Shown here piece after piece: positions 31,327-45,079 of a DNA stretch of 64,000 nt (position 1 is the first letter of the stretch; each line of letters opens with the position of its first letter). Source of the DNA: an uncultured cyanobacterium (GTDB lineage Bacteria > Cyanobacteriota > Cyanobacteriia > PCC-6307 > Cyanobiaceae); contig CAVXWZ010000002.1 in NCBI GenBank assembly GCA_963765575.1, positions 608,001 to 672,000 of the forward strand. Reading direction: 5' to 3'. A model generated the notes under the pieces. That model saw nothing but the letters and a program-made list of their open reading frames with translations, had not been told where the DNA came from and ran no database searches. The translations under genes and the position numbers were made by a program.

Positions 31327-31398
31327 AGCGGATGAAGAGATTCGAACTCTCGACCCTCTCCTTGGCAAGGAGATGCTCTACCACTGAGCTACATCCGC
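31327..31398 (-). tRNA. tRNA-Gly (anticodon GCC), CCA not encoded
   Basis: Minus strand GCGGATGTAGCTCAGTGGTAGAGCATCTCCTT-GCC-AAGGAGAGGGTCGAGAGTTCGAATCTCTTCATCCGCT folds as a cloverleaf. Confidence 0.97.
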
Positions 31399-31511
31399 GA
31401 GTCCGGCGGTCTCGGCCGGGCACGCCTGGCGGTTTGATGCGCCGGCCAAGCGATCATGCCTGACGGCCTGCCCCCAGGTCAAACCCGCGGCCGCTCCGCC
31501 AGGATGCCTCC

Positions 31512-32261
31512 ATGTTCAAGGCCATCCGCTCCGACCTGGCGATCATCCGGGAGCGGGATCCCGCCGCGCGCGGACCGCTGGAGATCCTGCTCTGCTACCC
31601 GGGTCTGCACGCCCTGGCGCTGCACCGCCTCAGCCACCGCCTCTGGGGGTTGAGGCTGCCGCTGCTGCCGCGGCTGCTGAGCCAGGTGGGCCGCCTGCTC
31701 ACCGGCATCGAGATCCACCCGGGGGCCCGCATCGGCCACGGCGTGTTCATCGACCACGGCATGGGGGTGGTGATCGGCGAGACGGCCGAGATCGGCGACC
31801 AGTGCCTGCTCTACCAGGGGGTGACGCTGGGCGGCACCGGCAAGGCCCACGGCAAGCGCCACCCCACCCTGCGCCGCAACGTGGTGGTGGGCGCCGGCGC
31901 CAAGGTGCTGGGGGCGATCACGGTGGGCACCAACACCCGCATCGGCGCCGGCTCGGTGGTGCTGCACAACGTGGAGCCGGACTGCACGGTGGTGGGCATC
32001 CCGGGCCGGGTGGTGCACCAGAGCGGCGTGCGGGTGGACCCCCTGGCCCACTCCGCGCTGCCGGACACCGAAGCCCGGGTGATCCGCAACCTGATGGAGC
32101 GAATCGACGCCCTCGAAAGCGAGCTGGCCCGCACCCAGGGCTGCCTGCAGGAACTGGCCGCCGGCCGCCCCCTGCGCGAGCCCTGCGGTGGTCTGGCCCA
32201 GAGCCTGCGCGACCGGGAGATCCTGGAATTCCTGGGCGACAACCCGGGCTCCACCAACTAA
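31512..32261 (+). CDS. cysE: Serine O-acetyltransferase
   Basis: [40 protein letters not shown]…KRHP. Confidence 0.97.
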   Translation: MFKAIRSDLAIIRERDPAARGPLEILLCYPGLHALALHRLSHRLWGLRLPLLPRLLSQVGRLLTGIEIHPGARIGHGVFIDHGMGVVIGETAEIGDQCLLYQGVTLGGTGKAHGKRHPTLRRNVVVGAGAKVLGAITVGTNTRIGAGSVVLHNVEPDCTVVGIPGRVVHQSGVRVDPLAHSALPDTEARVIRNLMERIDALESELARTQGCLQELAAGRPLREPCGGLAQSLRDREILEFLGDNPGSTN

Positions 32262-32294
32262 CTGATCGCCTGAATCGCGTGGCCCAGAAGCCAA

Positions 32295-35166
<2,872 letters not shown>

Positions 35167-35231
35167 GGTGAGAACGGCTACCGAGTCGTTGCTGGCAGCC
35201 TACCGAGGCTGGTCCCGGGTCCCTGGGGGAG

Positions 35232-36353
35232 TTACCCCACCAGCCCCAGCCGCCCGCCGGTGTAGCCGCCGCGCTCGCGCACGGCTGTGCACCAGCCCTG
35301 CTGCTCCAGATACCAGCGCACCGTGGCCTCCAGGCCCTGCTCGAAGCTGTGGCGCGGCTGCCAGCCCAGCTCGCTGCTGATGCGGGCCGGGTCGATGGCG
35401 TAGCGGCGGTCGTGGCCGGGGCGGTCGGTGACCGGCGTGATCAGGCGGGCGTGGGGGGCGCCGGCCGGGCGCAGCTGATCGAGCAGGGCGCAGATCGCCT
35501 CCACCACCTGCTTGTTGGTGCGCTCACCATGGCCGCCCACGCAGTAGCTGCGGCCCAGCTCGCCGCGGGTGGCCGCCAGCAGCAGGGCGTCCACGTGGTC
35601 GTCCACATAGAGCCAGTCGCGCACGTTGGCGCCGTCGCCGTAGAGGGGGATCGGCTCGCCGGCGGCGGCCTTGAGGATCACCACCGGGATCAGCTTCTCG
35701 GGGAACTGCCAGGGGCCGTAGTTGTTGGAGCAGTTGGTGAGCACCACCGGCAGGCCGTAGGTGTGGTGCCAGGCGCTCACCAGGTGGTCGCTGGCGGCCT
35801 TGCTGGCCGAGTAGGGGGAGCGGGGGTCGTAGGGGGTGGTCTCCGAGAAGCGGCCCGTGGGCCCCAGCGAGCCGAACACCTCATCGGTGCTGATGTGGTG
35901 CAGCCGGAAGGCGGCGCGCCGCTCCTCGGCCAGACCCTCGTAGTGGCCCCGCAGGGCCTGCAGCAGGTGGAAGGTGCCGCTCACGTTGCTGGCGATGAAG
36001 GCCTCCGGACCCTCGATCGAGCGGTCCACGTGGCTCTCGGCGGCCAGGTGCATGACCAGATCCGGATCGGCCTGGCGCACCGCCGCGGCCGTGGCCTCGG
36101 CATCGGTGAGGTCCACCCGCAGCAGCTGGTGGCGGGCCCCGGCGCCGTCACCGAGCTCATCCAGCACGTCCTCCACGCTGGTGAGATCGCTGGCGTAGCC
36201 GCACTTGTCGAGGTTGAACACCGTGGCCTCGCTGTCGCGCAGCAGACGCCGCACCACGGCGCCGCCGATGAAGCCGGCGCCACCGGTCACCAGCACGCGG
36301 CGGCGCTCACCCAGCAGGGCGGCGGCGGTGGAGATCACGGGTGAGGCAGGCAT
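35232..36353 (-). CDS. rfbB: dTDP-glucose 4,6-dehydratase
   Basis: TGGAGFIG, HLAAESHVDRSI, HISTDEVFG, SPYSASKA, CSNNYGP, DRPGHDRRY. Confidence 0.97.
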   Translation of the reverse strand: MPASPVISTAAALLGERRRVLVTGGAGFIGGAVVRRLLRDSEATVFNLDKCGYASDLTSVEDVLDELGDGAGARHQLLRVDLTDAEATAAAVRQADPDLVMHLAAESHVDRSIEGPEAFIASNVSGTFHLLQALRGHYEGLAEERRAAFRLHHISTDEVFGSLGPTGRFSETTPYDPRSPYSASKAASDHLVSAWHHTYGLPVVLTNCSNNYGPWQFPEKLIPVVILKAAAGEPIPLYGDGANVRDWLYVDDHVDALLLAATRGELGRSYCVGGHGERTNKQVVEAICALLDQLRPAGAPHARLITPVTDRPGHDRRYAIDPARISSELGWQPRHSFEQGLEATVRWYLEQQGWCTAVRERGGYTGGRLGLVG

Positions 36354-36399
36354 CGAGAACTGTGGGGGGATGGAGGCCGGTGGACAGCAGAAGGATGGA

Positions 36400-37329
36400 C
36401 TAGCTCACCGCCGCCGTTGCCGCCAGCACCTGCCGCAGGGCGCTGCGCCAGTGCAGGGGCTCCAGCTCCAGCTGGCGGCGGCTGTCGCTGCAGTCGAGCA
36501 GCGAATAGCTGGGGCGCCGCGCCGGGGTGGGGTACTCGGCGGTGGTGAGCGGATGCACCGGGGCCGCCCGCTCCAGCAGGCCCAGCTCCAGCCCCAGCTC
36601 GCCCACCGCCACGGCCACGTCGTACCAGCTGGCGGCGCCGGCGTCGCTCCAGTGCAGCACGGGCGGCAGGGCCTCGGCGCGCGGGATCACAGCCCAGCAG
36701 GCCGCCGCCAGGGTGAGGGTGCTGGTGGGGCAGCCCACCTGGTCGGCCACCACAGCCAGGGGCTGGCCGCTGGCCCCCCGCTGCCGGTGCAGCCGCAGCA
36801 TCGTCAGGGCGAAATTCTTGCCCGCCGGACCCATCACCCAGCTGGTGCGCAGGATCACGCCCCGTGCTGTGCCGTCGGCAGCGGCCCTGCCACCCAGCAG
36901 CTGCTCCACCGCCTCCTCGCCCGCCGCCTTGGTGGCCCCATAGACCCCCAGCGGATCGCGGGGCTGCTCGGGCCGGTAGGGGCTGCCCTGCTGGCCGTTG
37001 AACACGAAATCGGTGCTCAGCTGCAGCAGCCGGCCGCCGCTGTCGGCGAGGGCTGCGGCGAAGGCCCGCGGCGCGCCGGCGTTCACCGCCATCGCCAGCT
37101 CCGGCTCGCTCTCCGCCTTGTCCACCGCCGTGTAGGCGCCGGCGTTGCACACCCAGTCGGGCCGATGCACCGCCACCGCCCGCTGGCAGGCGTCGGCATC
37201 GGCCAGATCCAGCGGCAGCAGCCCCTCGCCGCCGGCCCGGCTGGTGGCGATCAGCTCCACCCCCTCCGGCCTGGCCGCCACCAGGGCCTGGCCCAGCTGG
37301 CCGGCGGCGCCGCTGAGCAGCACCTTCAC
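36400..37329 (-). CDS. rfbD: dTDP-4-dehydrorhamnose reductase
   Basis: GAAGQLG, NAGAYTAVDKAE, LSTDFVF, YGATKAAGE, DQVGCPT, ARRPSYSLLD. Confidence 0.96.
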   Translation of the reverse strand: MKVLLSGAAGQLGQALVAARPEGVELIATSRAGGEGLLPLDLADADACQRAVAVHRPDWVCNAGAYTAVDKAESEPELAMAVNAGAPRAFAAALADSGGRLLQLSTDFVFNGQQGSPYRPEQPRDPLGVYGATKAAGEEAVEQLLGGRAAADGTARGVILRTSWVMGPAGKNFALTMLRLHRQRGASGQPLAVVADQVGCPTSTLTLAAACWAVIPRAEALPPVLHWSDAGAASWYDVAVAVGELGLELGLLERAAPVHPLTTAEYPTPARRPSYSLLDCSDSRRQLELEPLHWRSALRQVLAATAAVS

Positions 37330-37351
37330 AGCCGGCACCCCAGCCAACCCG

Positions 37352-37954
37352 TCACGCGAACACCTCGCCCGCGGCCACGGCCTGCTCGAGGCTGGGCGCG
37401 GCCGCATCCTTGGCGCTCAGCTGGGGGCCGCCCAGCTCGGGGGCCGCCGCCGCCAGTGCCGCCAGGGGCCAGGCGATCGCCAGCTGGGGGTCGTCCCAGC
37501 GGATTCCCCGCTCGCACTCCCGGCTCCAGGTGTCGGTGGTCTTGTAGAGCACCTCGGCGTGCGCGCTGAGGGTGAGGAAGCCGTGGGCGAAACCTGCCGG
37601 CACCCACAGCTGGCGCTTGTCGTCGGCGCTCAGCTCAGAACCGACCCACTGACCAAAGGTGGGGGAAGCGCGGCGGATGTCCACCGCCACGTCAAAGATC
37701 GAGCCCAGCACGCAGCGCACCAGCTTGCCCTGGGGGTGGGGCGGCAGCTGGTAATGGAGGCCGCGCAGCACCCCGACCGTCGAGCGCGAGTGGTTGTCCT
37801 GCACGAAGCGGGTCTCGCCCGCCGCCGCATCGAACGTGCGCTGGTTCCAGCTCTCGAAGAAGAAGCCGCGCGCATCGCCGAACACCCTGGGGCTCAGCAG
37901 CAGCGGCCCCTCGATCTCCACGCCGGCGGCGCTGGTGAGCCGTTCAACCTCCAT
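37352..37954 (-). CDS. rfbC: dTDP-4-dehydrorhamnose 3,5-epimerase
   Basis: [39 protein letters not shown]. Confidence 0.96.
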   Translation of the reverse strand: MEVERLTSAAGVEIEGPLLLSPRVFGDARGFFFESWNQRTFDAAAGETRFVQDNHSRSTVGVLRGLHYQLPPHPQGKLVRCVLGSIFDVAVDIRRASPTFGQWVGSELSADDKRQLWVPAGFAHGFLTLSAHAEVLYKTTDTWSRECERGIRWDDPQLAIAWPLAALAAAAPELGGPQLSAKDAAAPSLEQAVAAGEVFA

Positions 37955-38876
37955 GGCTCTCCTCCAGGCTCGCCTGCAGCGCCCGATGGTCGCTGGTGGC
38001 CTCACTCTGACAGCGCAGCAGGTAGTCGCCATAGCCGCTCTTGCGCAGGGGCTGGGCCAACCGCTGCAGCTGGGCCCCATCGATCCAGCCCATGCGCCAG
38101 GCCACCTCCTCCGGACAGCCCACCTTCAGGCCCTGGCGGTGCTCCAGGGTGCGGATGTAGCTGCCCGCCTCGTGCAGGGAGTCGCAGGTGCCGGTGTCCA
38201 GCCAGGCCATGCCCCGGCCCATCAGCTCCACCCGCAGCAAGCCCTCCTGCAGATACTGACGGTTGAGATCGGTGATCTCCAGCTCACCCCGGGCCGAGGG
38301 CCGCACCCGCCGCGCCCGCTCCACCACCGAGGCGTCATAGAAATAGAGGCCGGTGACGGCATAGCGCGAGCGGGGCCGGGCCGGCTTCTCCTCCAGGCTC
38401 AGCACCCTGCCGTCGGGCGCGAACTCCACCACCCCGTAGCGCTCCGGGTCCCGCACCGGGTAGGCGAACACGGTGGCGGCGCTGCCGGCGCCATTGCTGC
38501 CCTGCAGCTGGGGCACCAGGTCGTGGCCGTGGAAGAGGTTGTCCCCGAGCACCAGGGCCGCCGGGGCGCCAGCGAGGAAGTCGGCACCGATCAGAAAGGC
38601 CTGGGCCAATCCGTCGGGGCTGGGCTGCACCGCATAGCGGATCGTCATCCCCCAGGCACTGCCGTCGCCCAGCAACCGCTCGAAGGCCGGCCGATCGAGC
38701 GGCGTGGTGATGATCAACACCTCACGGATCCCGGCCAGCATCAGCGTGCTGAGCGGGTAATAGATCATCGGCTTGTCGTACACCGGCAGCAGTTGCTTGC
38801 TCACCCCCACCGTGATCGGGTGCAGGCGCGTGCCGCTGCCGCCGGCCAGGATGATTCCCCTGCGTTGCTGTGCCAA
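37944..38876 (-). CDS. rfbA: Glucose-1-phosphate thymidylyltransferase
   Basis: [48 protein letters not shown]. Confidence 0.97.
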   Translation of the reverse strand: MAQQRRGIILAGGSGTRLHPITVGVSKQLLPVYDKPMIYYPLSTLMLAGIREVLIITTPLDRPAFERLLGDGSAWGMTIRYAVQPSPDGLAQAFLIGADFLAGAPAALVLGDNLFHGHDLVPQLQGSNGAGSAATVFAYPVRDPERYGVVEFAPDGRVLSLEEKPARPRSRYAVTGLYFYDASVVERARRVRPSARGELEITDLNRQYLQEGLLRVELMGRGMAWLDTGTCDSLHEAGSYIRTLEHRQGLKVGCPEEVAWRMGWIDGAQLQRLAQPLRKSGYGDYLLRCQSEATSDHRALQASLEESHGG

Positions 38877-38919
38877 TACGCCGCTGTGGCTGGGAGGATG
38901 CTGCCATGAGCCGCGTCTG

Positions 38920-39384
38920 ATGGTCGCGATCCGCCTGCTGCGTCACGCCCCAGGGGCCCCCGGCCTGCGCTGGCTGGGTCTTGGCCCCGGGCTGCGGCCC
39001 ACCCGGGGTCTGCTCAAGCTCCGGCGCCTGTTCAATCACCACGCCTTCTGGGCCCGGGAGCGCAGCGACCGCCAGCTGCGCCGGCTGCTGGGGGGCTCGC
39101 CGGTGGTGGTGAGCCTGTGGCGGGGCAAGCGGCTGGTGGGCTTCGGGCGGGCCAGCAGCGACGGTGAGTGCCGCGCCGTGCTCTGGGATGTGGTGGTGGC
39201 CGGCGACCTGCAGGGCCGCGGCCTCGGCCGCCAGGTGGTGGAGGGCCTGCTCAGCCACCCACGGCTCTGCGCTGTGGAGCGGGTGTATCTGATGACCACC
39301 AACAGCGCCGGCTTCTACGAGCAGCTCGGCTTCCGCCGCGTCGGCAGCCAGCAGCTGCTGGTCAGGCAGGCAGGGCGGCCATGA
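38920..39384 (+). CDS. GNAT family N-acetyltransferase
   Basis: LVGFGRA, LWDVVV…LQGRGLGR (acetyl-CoA motif), GFYEQLGF. Confidence 0.9.
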   Translation: MVAIRLLRHAPGAPGLRWLGLGPGLRPTRGLLKLRRLFNHHAFWARERSDRQLRRLLGGSPVVVSLWRGKRLVGFGRASSDGECRAVLWDVVVAGDLQGRGLGRQVVEGLLSHPRLCAVERVYLMTTNSAGFYEQLGFRRVGSQQLLVRQAGRP

Positions 39385-39841
39385 GCGAGCCCATTTCGAT
39401 CGCCTGCAGGGCGTAGCTCCAGCCCAGGTTGCTCTTGATGCCGGCCCGCTCCAGGGCCTGCTGCATCGTGTCGGTGGTCAGCACCCCGAAGATCACCGGC
39501 ACGCCGGTGGTGCGGCTCACGGCCGCCACCCCCTTGCTCACCTCGGCCACCACGACGTCGAAGTGGGGGGTGTCGCCGCGGATCACCGCCCCCAGGGCGA
39601 CCACCACCTGGTAGTGGCCGCTGGCCGCCAGCTTCTGGGCCACCAGTGGGATCTCAAAGCTGCCCGGCACCCAGGCCAGGTCCAGCTGGGGGCTGCTGGC
39701 CGTGGTGTCGATGCCATGGCGGTGCAGGCAGTCGAGGCAACCGCTCAGCAGCTTGCCGGTGACCAGGTCGTTGAAGCGGGCCACCACCACGGCCAGGCGC
39801 AGCCCGCTGGCACCGGTGAACGTTCCCTCGAAAGTGGCCAC
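39362..39841 (-). CDS. ribH: 6,7-dimethyl-8-ribityllumazine synthase
   Basis: [40 protein letters not shown]. Confidence 0.97.
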   Translation of the reverse strand: MATFEGTFTGASGLRLAVVVARFNDLVTGKLLSGCLDCLHRHGIDTTASSPQLDLAWVPGSFEIPLVAQKLAASGHYQVVVALGAVIRGDTPHFDVVVAEVSKGVAAVSRTTGVPVIFGVLTTDTMQQALERAGIKSNLGWSYALQAIEMGSLMAALPA

Positions 39842-39911
39842 GGGCAACCGCCACTGCCGTGGCGCTGATCTGGTGGGCCGAGCCTAGAAGCCGCTGGCGT
39901 TGGGGTCGGCG

Positions 39912-40100
39912 TCAGACCACGAAGAAGCTCATGCCCCAGTTGACCAGCACCAGGGCGACCCAGGCGATGCCACCGAGCAGGATCAGACGGTTGGAGCGGC
40001 CGCTGTCTTCGCTGCTGGCGTAGAGCACCGGCACCGCCACGATCAGGGCGAACGACATCACCACCAGGGCCAGAACGGTGAGGGTGTTGAGGATCTGCAT
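39912..40100 (-). CDS. psbZ: Photosystem II protein Z
   Basis: 62 aa with two TM helices: [19 protein letters not shown]…[16 protein letters not shown]. Confidence 0.96.
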   Translation of the reverse strand: MQILNTLTVLALVVMSFALIVAVPVLYASSEDSGRSNRLILLGGIAWVALVLVNWGMSFFVV

Positions 40101-40294
40101 GGATCAGCGCGATGGAGCAGCGGGCAGGCCGGCTGGTCGGTTTGGGGATTCTCACACGCTGCTCCCGGCCCACCGGTGGGGTCAGGGATGTTCCTTCACA
40201 AGTTGTCGGAGCCCCAGGCCCTCCATCCCCGCCCGCGGCACCGGGAGGCGGCGGGTTGCCAGCCTTACGATCAACTCCAGGATCTGGGTGGGCC

Positions 40295-43255
40295 GTGGCC
40301 TCGCAAGCCGAGCAGCAGCTGTCGCTCGTGCCCGAGGCCGCCGTGCAGGGCAGCCTGTTCAGCGCGCCCGCCCCGGCATCGCCCGCCTCGGCTGCCGCTG
40401 AGCCCGGTCCCCCCACCCTTGCCGCCCAGGTCCTCGATGCCCAGGCGCTCGCCGCCGACGCCAGCGCTCGCCCTCGCCGCCGGCGCCAGCCCCCCCCGGC
40501 CGCCGCCACCACGCCAGCGGCGGCTGCAACGCCACCCCTGAACGGGTCCTGCAGCCCACGCGACGCCGAGCCCGCCGCCGACGCCGACGCCAGCGCCGAC
40601 TCCGACCTGCCCCCCTGGCACCACCACGGCCTGGTGGATCCCGAGCAGCTGACGCCGATGCTGCGCCACTACGTGCAGCTCAAGCGTGCCCACCCCGAGC
40701 GGCTGCTGCTCTACCGCCTGGGCGACTTCTTCGAGTGCTTCTTCGAGGACGCCCTGACCGTGTCGCGCCTGCTGGAGCTCACCCTCACCGGCAAGGAGGG
40801 CGGCAAGGCGATCGGCCGGGTGCCGATGGCCGGCATCCCCCACCACGCCGCTGAGCGCTACTGCGCCGAGCTGGTGCGCCGCGGCCTCAGCGTCGCCCTC
40901 TGTGACCAGCTCGAGGAGGCCAGCGCCCGCAGCCAGGGCCGCGGCGAGCTGCTGCGCCGCGACATCACCCGCGTGCTCACCCCTGGCACGGTGCTGGAGG
41001 AGGGCCTGCTCGCGGCCCGCCGCAACAACTGGCTCTGCGCCGTGGTCCTCGACGACGGGGCCGGCAGCGACGGCTCGGCCGCCCGCTGGGGCCTGGCGGT
41101 GGCCGATGTCAGCACCGGCGAATTCCGTGTCAGCGAGCGGCTTGGCAGCGACGCCCTGCACCAGGAGCTGCTGCGGCTGGAGGCCGCCGAGGTGCTCTGG
41201 CCCGGCGCCACGGCCGCAGCCCCGGGCTGGTGTCCCGCCGGCCTGGGCCTCACCCCCCGGCCCCGCACCCCCTTTGAGGCCCCGGAAGCCGCCGCCAGCC
41301 TGCGCCAGCGCTTCGGCCTGGCCAGCCTCGATGGCCTGGGGCTGGGGGAGATGCCCCTGGCCCTGCGCGCCGCCGGCGGCCTGGTGCACTACCTCGATGG
41401 CACCCTGGGCGCCCCCCGGATCGGCGCCGGGGAGGCTGGGCTCGATCAGCGCGTACCGCTGGATCCGCCCACCTGCTGGCACGCCGGCGATGCCCTGGTG
41501 CTCGATGCCGCCACCCGCCGCAACCTCGAGCTCACCCGCACCCAGCTGGGCGGCAGCCTGCAGGGCTCCCTGCTCTGGGCCATCGACCGCACCCACACCG
41601 CCATGGGCGGCCGCTGCCTGCGCCGCTGGCTGGAGGCGCCACTGGTGGAGCACCGAGCGATCCTGGCCCGCCAGGACGGGGTGAGCGAGCTGGTGGGGCA
41701 GCGGCCGCTGCGCCTGGCCCTGCGGCGCCTGTTGCGGCCCATGGGCGACCTGGAGCGGCTGGCGGGCCGGGCCGGGGCCGGCAGCGCCTCGGCCCGCGAC
41801 CTGGTGGCCCTCGCCGACGGCCTTGAGCGCCTGCCCCAGCTGGCGGCCCTGCTCGGCGGCGCCAGCAGCGCACCGCTGCGCGAGCTGGCCCGCCCCTGGC
41901 CGGAGCTGGCCGCCGTGGCGGCCGAGCTGCGCCACACCCTGGTCGAGTCCCCGCCGCTGGCCCTCAGCGAGGGCGGGCTGATCCACGACGGCGTCGACGC
42001 CCAGCTCGATGGCCTGCGCAACCAGCTCGACGACCAGGACCGCTGGCTGGCACAACAGGAGGCCAGTGAGCGCAGCCGCAGTGGCATCAGCACCCTGAAG
42101 CTTCAGTACCACCGCACCTTCGGCTATTTCCTGGCGGTGAGCCGGGCCAAGGCCGCAGCGGTGCCGGAGCACTGGATCCGCCGCCAGACCCTGGCCAACG
42201 AGGAGCGCTTCGTCACCCCGGAGCTGAAGGCCCGCGAGGGCCGCATCCAGCAGCTGCGGGCCCGGGCCGCCCAGCGCGAATACGAGCTGTTCGGCGCCCT
42301 GCGCAGCCGCGTGGGCCACCAGGCCGCGGCGATCCGCACGGCTGCCCGGCTGGTGGCCGAGCTCGATGCCATCGCCGGGCTGGCGGAGGTGGCCGGCACC
42401 GGCGGCTACTGCCGCCCACAGATCACCGACCCCGACGGCGCCGATGCCCGGGTGGTGCAGATCGAAGCCGGCCGCCATCCGGTGGTGGAACAGCTGCTGG
42501 TGGAGCAGGGCTTCACCGCCAACGGCATCGCCCTGGGCCGATCGGCGGCACCGGGCAGCGGCAGCGCCGGCGACGCCGACGGCCCCCCCGACCTGCTGAT
42601 CCTCACCGGCCCCAACGCCAGCGGCAAGAGCTGCTATCTGCGCCAGACGGGGCTGCTGCAGCTGATGGCCCAGATGGGCAGCTGGATCCCGGCCCGCTCC
42701 GCACGCCTCGGCATCGCCGACCGCATCTTCACCCGCGTCGGCGCCGGCGACGACCTGGCCGCCGGCCAGTCCACCTTCATGGTGGAGATGGCCGAAACCG
42801 CCAACATCCTTCACCACGCCACGCCGCGCTCGCTGGTGCTGCTCGATGAGATCGGCCGCGGCACCGCCACCTTCGACGGCCTCTCGATCGCCTGGGCGGT
42901 GGCCGAACACCTGGCCACCGCCATTGGCGCCCGCAGCGTCTTCGCCACCCACTACCACGAGCTCAACGAGCTGGCGGCCCTGCTGCCCAACGTGGCCAAC
43001 GCCCGGGTGCTGGTGGAGGAAACCGGCCACGACCTGCGCTTCCTGCACCGGGTGGTGCCCGGCGGCGCCAGCCGCAGCTACGGCATCGAGGCCGCGCGCC
43101 TGGCCGGCGTGCCGGCGCCGGTGGTGCTGCGTGCCCGCCAGGTGCTCGGCCGCATCGAGGCCAACAGCCAGATCAGCCTCGCTCAGCCCGCTTCCGGCGA
43201 GACGGGCGCAGACGGGGACACGGACGGGGACACAGAACGAGGGCTCGCCGCCTGA
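40295..43255 (+). CDS. mutS: DNA mismatch repair protein MutS
   Basis: [71 protein letters not shown]. Start approximate. Confidence 0.97.
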   Translation: MASQAEQQLSLVPEAAVQGSLFSAPAPASPASAAAEPGPPTLAAQVLDAQALAADASARPRRRRQPPPAAATTPAAAATPPLNGSCSPRDAEPAADADASADSDLPPWHHHGLVDPEQLTPMLRHYVQLKRAHPERLLLYRLGDFFECFFEDALTVSRLLELTLTGKEGGKAIGRVPMAGIPHHAAERYCAELVRRGLSVALCDQLEEASARSQGRGELLRRDITRVLTPGTVLEEGLLAARRNNWLCAVVLDDGAGSDGSAARWGLAVADVSTGEFRVSERLGSDALHQELLRLEAAEVLWPGATAAAPGWCPAGLGLTPRPRTPFEAPEAAASLRQRFGLASLDGLGLGEMPLALRAAGGLVHYLDGTLGAPRIGAGEAGLDQRVPLDPPTCWHAGDALVLDAATRRNLELTRTQLGGSLQGSLLWAIDRTHTAMGGRCLRRWLEAPLVEHRAILARQDGVSELVGQRPLRLALRRLLRPMGDLERLAGRAGAGSASARDLVALADGLERLPQLAALLGGASSAPLRELARPWPELAAVAAELRHTLVESPPLALSEGGLIHDGVDAQLDGLRNQLDDQDRWLAQQEASERSRSGISTLKLQYHRTFGYFLAVSRAKAAAVPEHWIRRQTLANEERFVTPELKAREGRIQQLRARAAQREYELFGALRSRVGHQAAAIRTAARLVAELDAIAGLAEVAGTGGYCRPQITDPDGADARVVQIEAGRHPVVEQLLVEQGFTANGIALGRSAAPGSGSAGDADGPPDLLILTGPNASGKSCYLRQTGLLQLMAQMGSWIPARSARLGIADRIFTRVGAGDDLAAGQSTFMVEMAETANILHHATPRSLVLLDEIGRGTATFDGLSIAWAVAEHLATAIGARSVFATHYHELNELAALLPNVANARVLVEETGHDLRFLHRVVPGGASRSYGIEAARLAGVPAPVVLRARQVLGRIEANSQISLAQPASGETGADGDTDGDTERGLAA

Positions 43256-43920
43256 AGCCAGCCGGCCCGCAGCAGGGCGTTGCAGGCCGCGGCCACCAGG
43301 GCGGCACCGCCCTTCGCCCCCTCCAGCCGGATCTGGGCCAGGCCACTGGCGGCCAGGTGTCGCTTGCTGGCCGCCACCCCCACAAACCCCACCGGCATGC
43401 CGATCACCAGGGCCGGGGCCGGCAGCGCCGCCGCGGCCACCAGCCGCAGCAGCTCCTCGAGGGCCGTGGGCGCACTGCCGATCAGCACCACCGGGGCCTG
43501 CCCACAGGAGTCCGGCCCAGGGCCCTGCAACGCCGCCAGGGCGGCGGCAAGCCCGGCGGCCGCGCGCGTGGAGCCCGCCGGCGCCTGCGGCGGTGCCCAG
43601 TCGAGCCCGCAGACCACCCGGTTCGCGAAGGTGCGGCCCGCCATCGGCGCCACCGCCGCCGCCGCCATGGCGGTATCGGTGACGATCGGCGCCCCCGATG
43701 CCAGCGCCGCCAGGCCGGCGACACAGGCCCGGGGACTGAAGCGCAGCAGCCAGGCCACCTCCGGGTCGCCGCTGCTGTGGATGCAGCGCTCCAGCACATC
43801 GCGCTCGGGGCCGTTCAGACCCGCCAGCAGCCGCGCCAGCTGGGCATCGCCGCGGGCCTGCTCGGCCAGCAGATCGCGGATCAGCCCAATGCTCTCGGTG
43901 AAGATCGGATGGTCGAGCAC
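43183..43920 (-). CDS. cobH: Precorrin-8X methylmutase
   Basis: [53 protein letters not shown]. Confidence 0.92.
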   Translation of the reverse strand: MLDHPIFTESIGLIRDLLAEQARGDAQLARLLAGLNGPERDVLERCIHSSGDPEVAWLLRFSPRACVAGLAALASGAPIVTDTAMAAAAVAPMAGRTFANRVVCGLDWAPPQAPAGSTRAAAGLAAALAALQGPGPDSCGQAPVVLIGSAPTALEELLRLVAAAALPAPALVIGMPVGFVGVAASKRHLAASGLAQIRLEGAKGGAALVAAACNALLRAGWLQAASPRSVSPSVSPSAPVSPEAG

Positions 43921-43975
43921 GCCGCCGATTTCTACAGTCCGGCCAGCACCATGGCAGCCCGAGCGTCCTGAGCTG

Positions 43976-45025
43976 ATGCCCATCCACCTGCTCTGGGGCG
44001 ACGACGAGGCGGCCCGCACCCGGGCGCTGGATGCCCTGATCGCCGAGCTGGTGGATCCGGCCTGGGCCGCGATCAACCTCAGCCGCCTCGACGGCCAGGA
44101 GCCGCTGCAGGCTGCCCGGGCCCTGGAGGAGGCGCGCACACCCCCATTCGGCGGCGGGGCCCGGGTGGTGGTGCTGCAGCGCAGTCCCTTCTGCAACCAG
44201 TGCCCCGCCGAGCTGGCCGATCAGCTGGAGGCGACCCTGGAGCTGATCCCGCCGAGCTGCCATCTGCTGCTGCTCAACCCGGCCAAGCCCGACGGCCGCC
44301 TGCGCACGACCAAGGCCCTGCAGAAGCGGGCCCGCGCCGGCGCCGACGGGACTGCCACGGCAACAACCACCGCGGTGCAGGAGCGCAGCTTCGCCCTGCC
44401 GGCGGTGTGGGATGGGGCCGGCCAGGTGGAGCTGGTGGCCCGCACGGCCCGGGAGCTGGGGTTGCAGCTGGAGCCGGCGGCCGCCGAGGCCCTGGCGGCC
44501 GCCATCGGCAGCGACAGCGGCCGCCTGGCCGGCGAACTGGAGAAACTGCGCCTGTTCGCCGCCGGTCCAGGGACCAGTGCCGGGGCCAGCGGCGGCGCAG
44601 CGATCAAGCTGGGAGCGGTGCAGGCCCTGGTGGGCGGCCACAGCACCACCGCCCTGGCGGTGGGCGATGCCCTGCTGGCCGGCCCGCCGGCCGAGGCCAT
44701 CGCCCTGCTCGACGACCTGCTGGCGGCCGGCGAGCCGGCGCTGCGCATCGTGGCCGCCCTCAGCAGCCAGATCCGCGGCTGGCTGTGGGTGGCCCTGCTC
44801 GATCGCCAGGGCGAGCAGGACGTGGCCGCGATCGCCAAAGCGGCGGGCATCGGCAACCCCAGGCGCATCTACGTGCTGCGCCGCCAGATCCGCGGCCGCA
44901 GCCCCGAGCGCTTCCTGCGGCTGCTGGGCCAGCTGCTGGAGGTGGAGGCCGACCTCAAACGGGGCGCCGAAGCGGGCGCCGCTTTCCGCGATGGCTTCCT
45001 GCTGGGCACCGCCGCAGCGGGCTGA
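43976..45025 (+). CDS. holA: DNA polymerase III subunit delta
   Basis: MPIHLLWGDD, TPPFGGGARVV, KPDGRL, GELEKLRLF, GEPALRIVA, GIGNPRRIY. Confidence 0.92.
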   Translation: MPIHLLWGDDEAARTRALDALIAELVDPAWAAINLSRLDGQEPLQAARALEEARTPPFGGGARVVVLQRSPFCNQCPAELADQLEATLELIPPSCHLLLLNPAKPDGRLRTTKALQKRARAGADGTATATTTAVQERSFALPAVWDGAGQVELVARTARELGLQLEPAAAEALAAAIGSDSGRLAGELEKLRLFAAGPGTSAGASGGAAIKLGAVQALVGGHSTTALAVGDALLAGPPAEAIALLDDLLAAGEPALRIVAALSSQIRGWLWVALLDRQGEQDVAAIAKAAGIGNPRRIYVLRRQIRGRSPERFLRLLGQLLEVEADLKRGAEAGAAFRDGFLLGTAAAG

Positions 45026-45079
45026 GGGCAGATAATCGGGCCGATCGATGTGCAGACCGTGTTGGGCGGCTGCGGTGCC

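Noticed and set aside
31304..31511. tRNA-Gly as an integration site for a mobile island
   Set aside because: No integrase and no duplicated tRNA 3' end seen; the flanks are core genes (plmA, cysE).
43183..43255. 73-bp convergent overlap of mutS and cobH (also tsaE/pfkB and GNAT/ribH)
   Set aside because: Low-complexity tail overlaps are common in compact high-GC genomes; no evidence of function.
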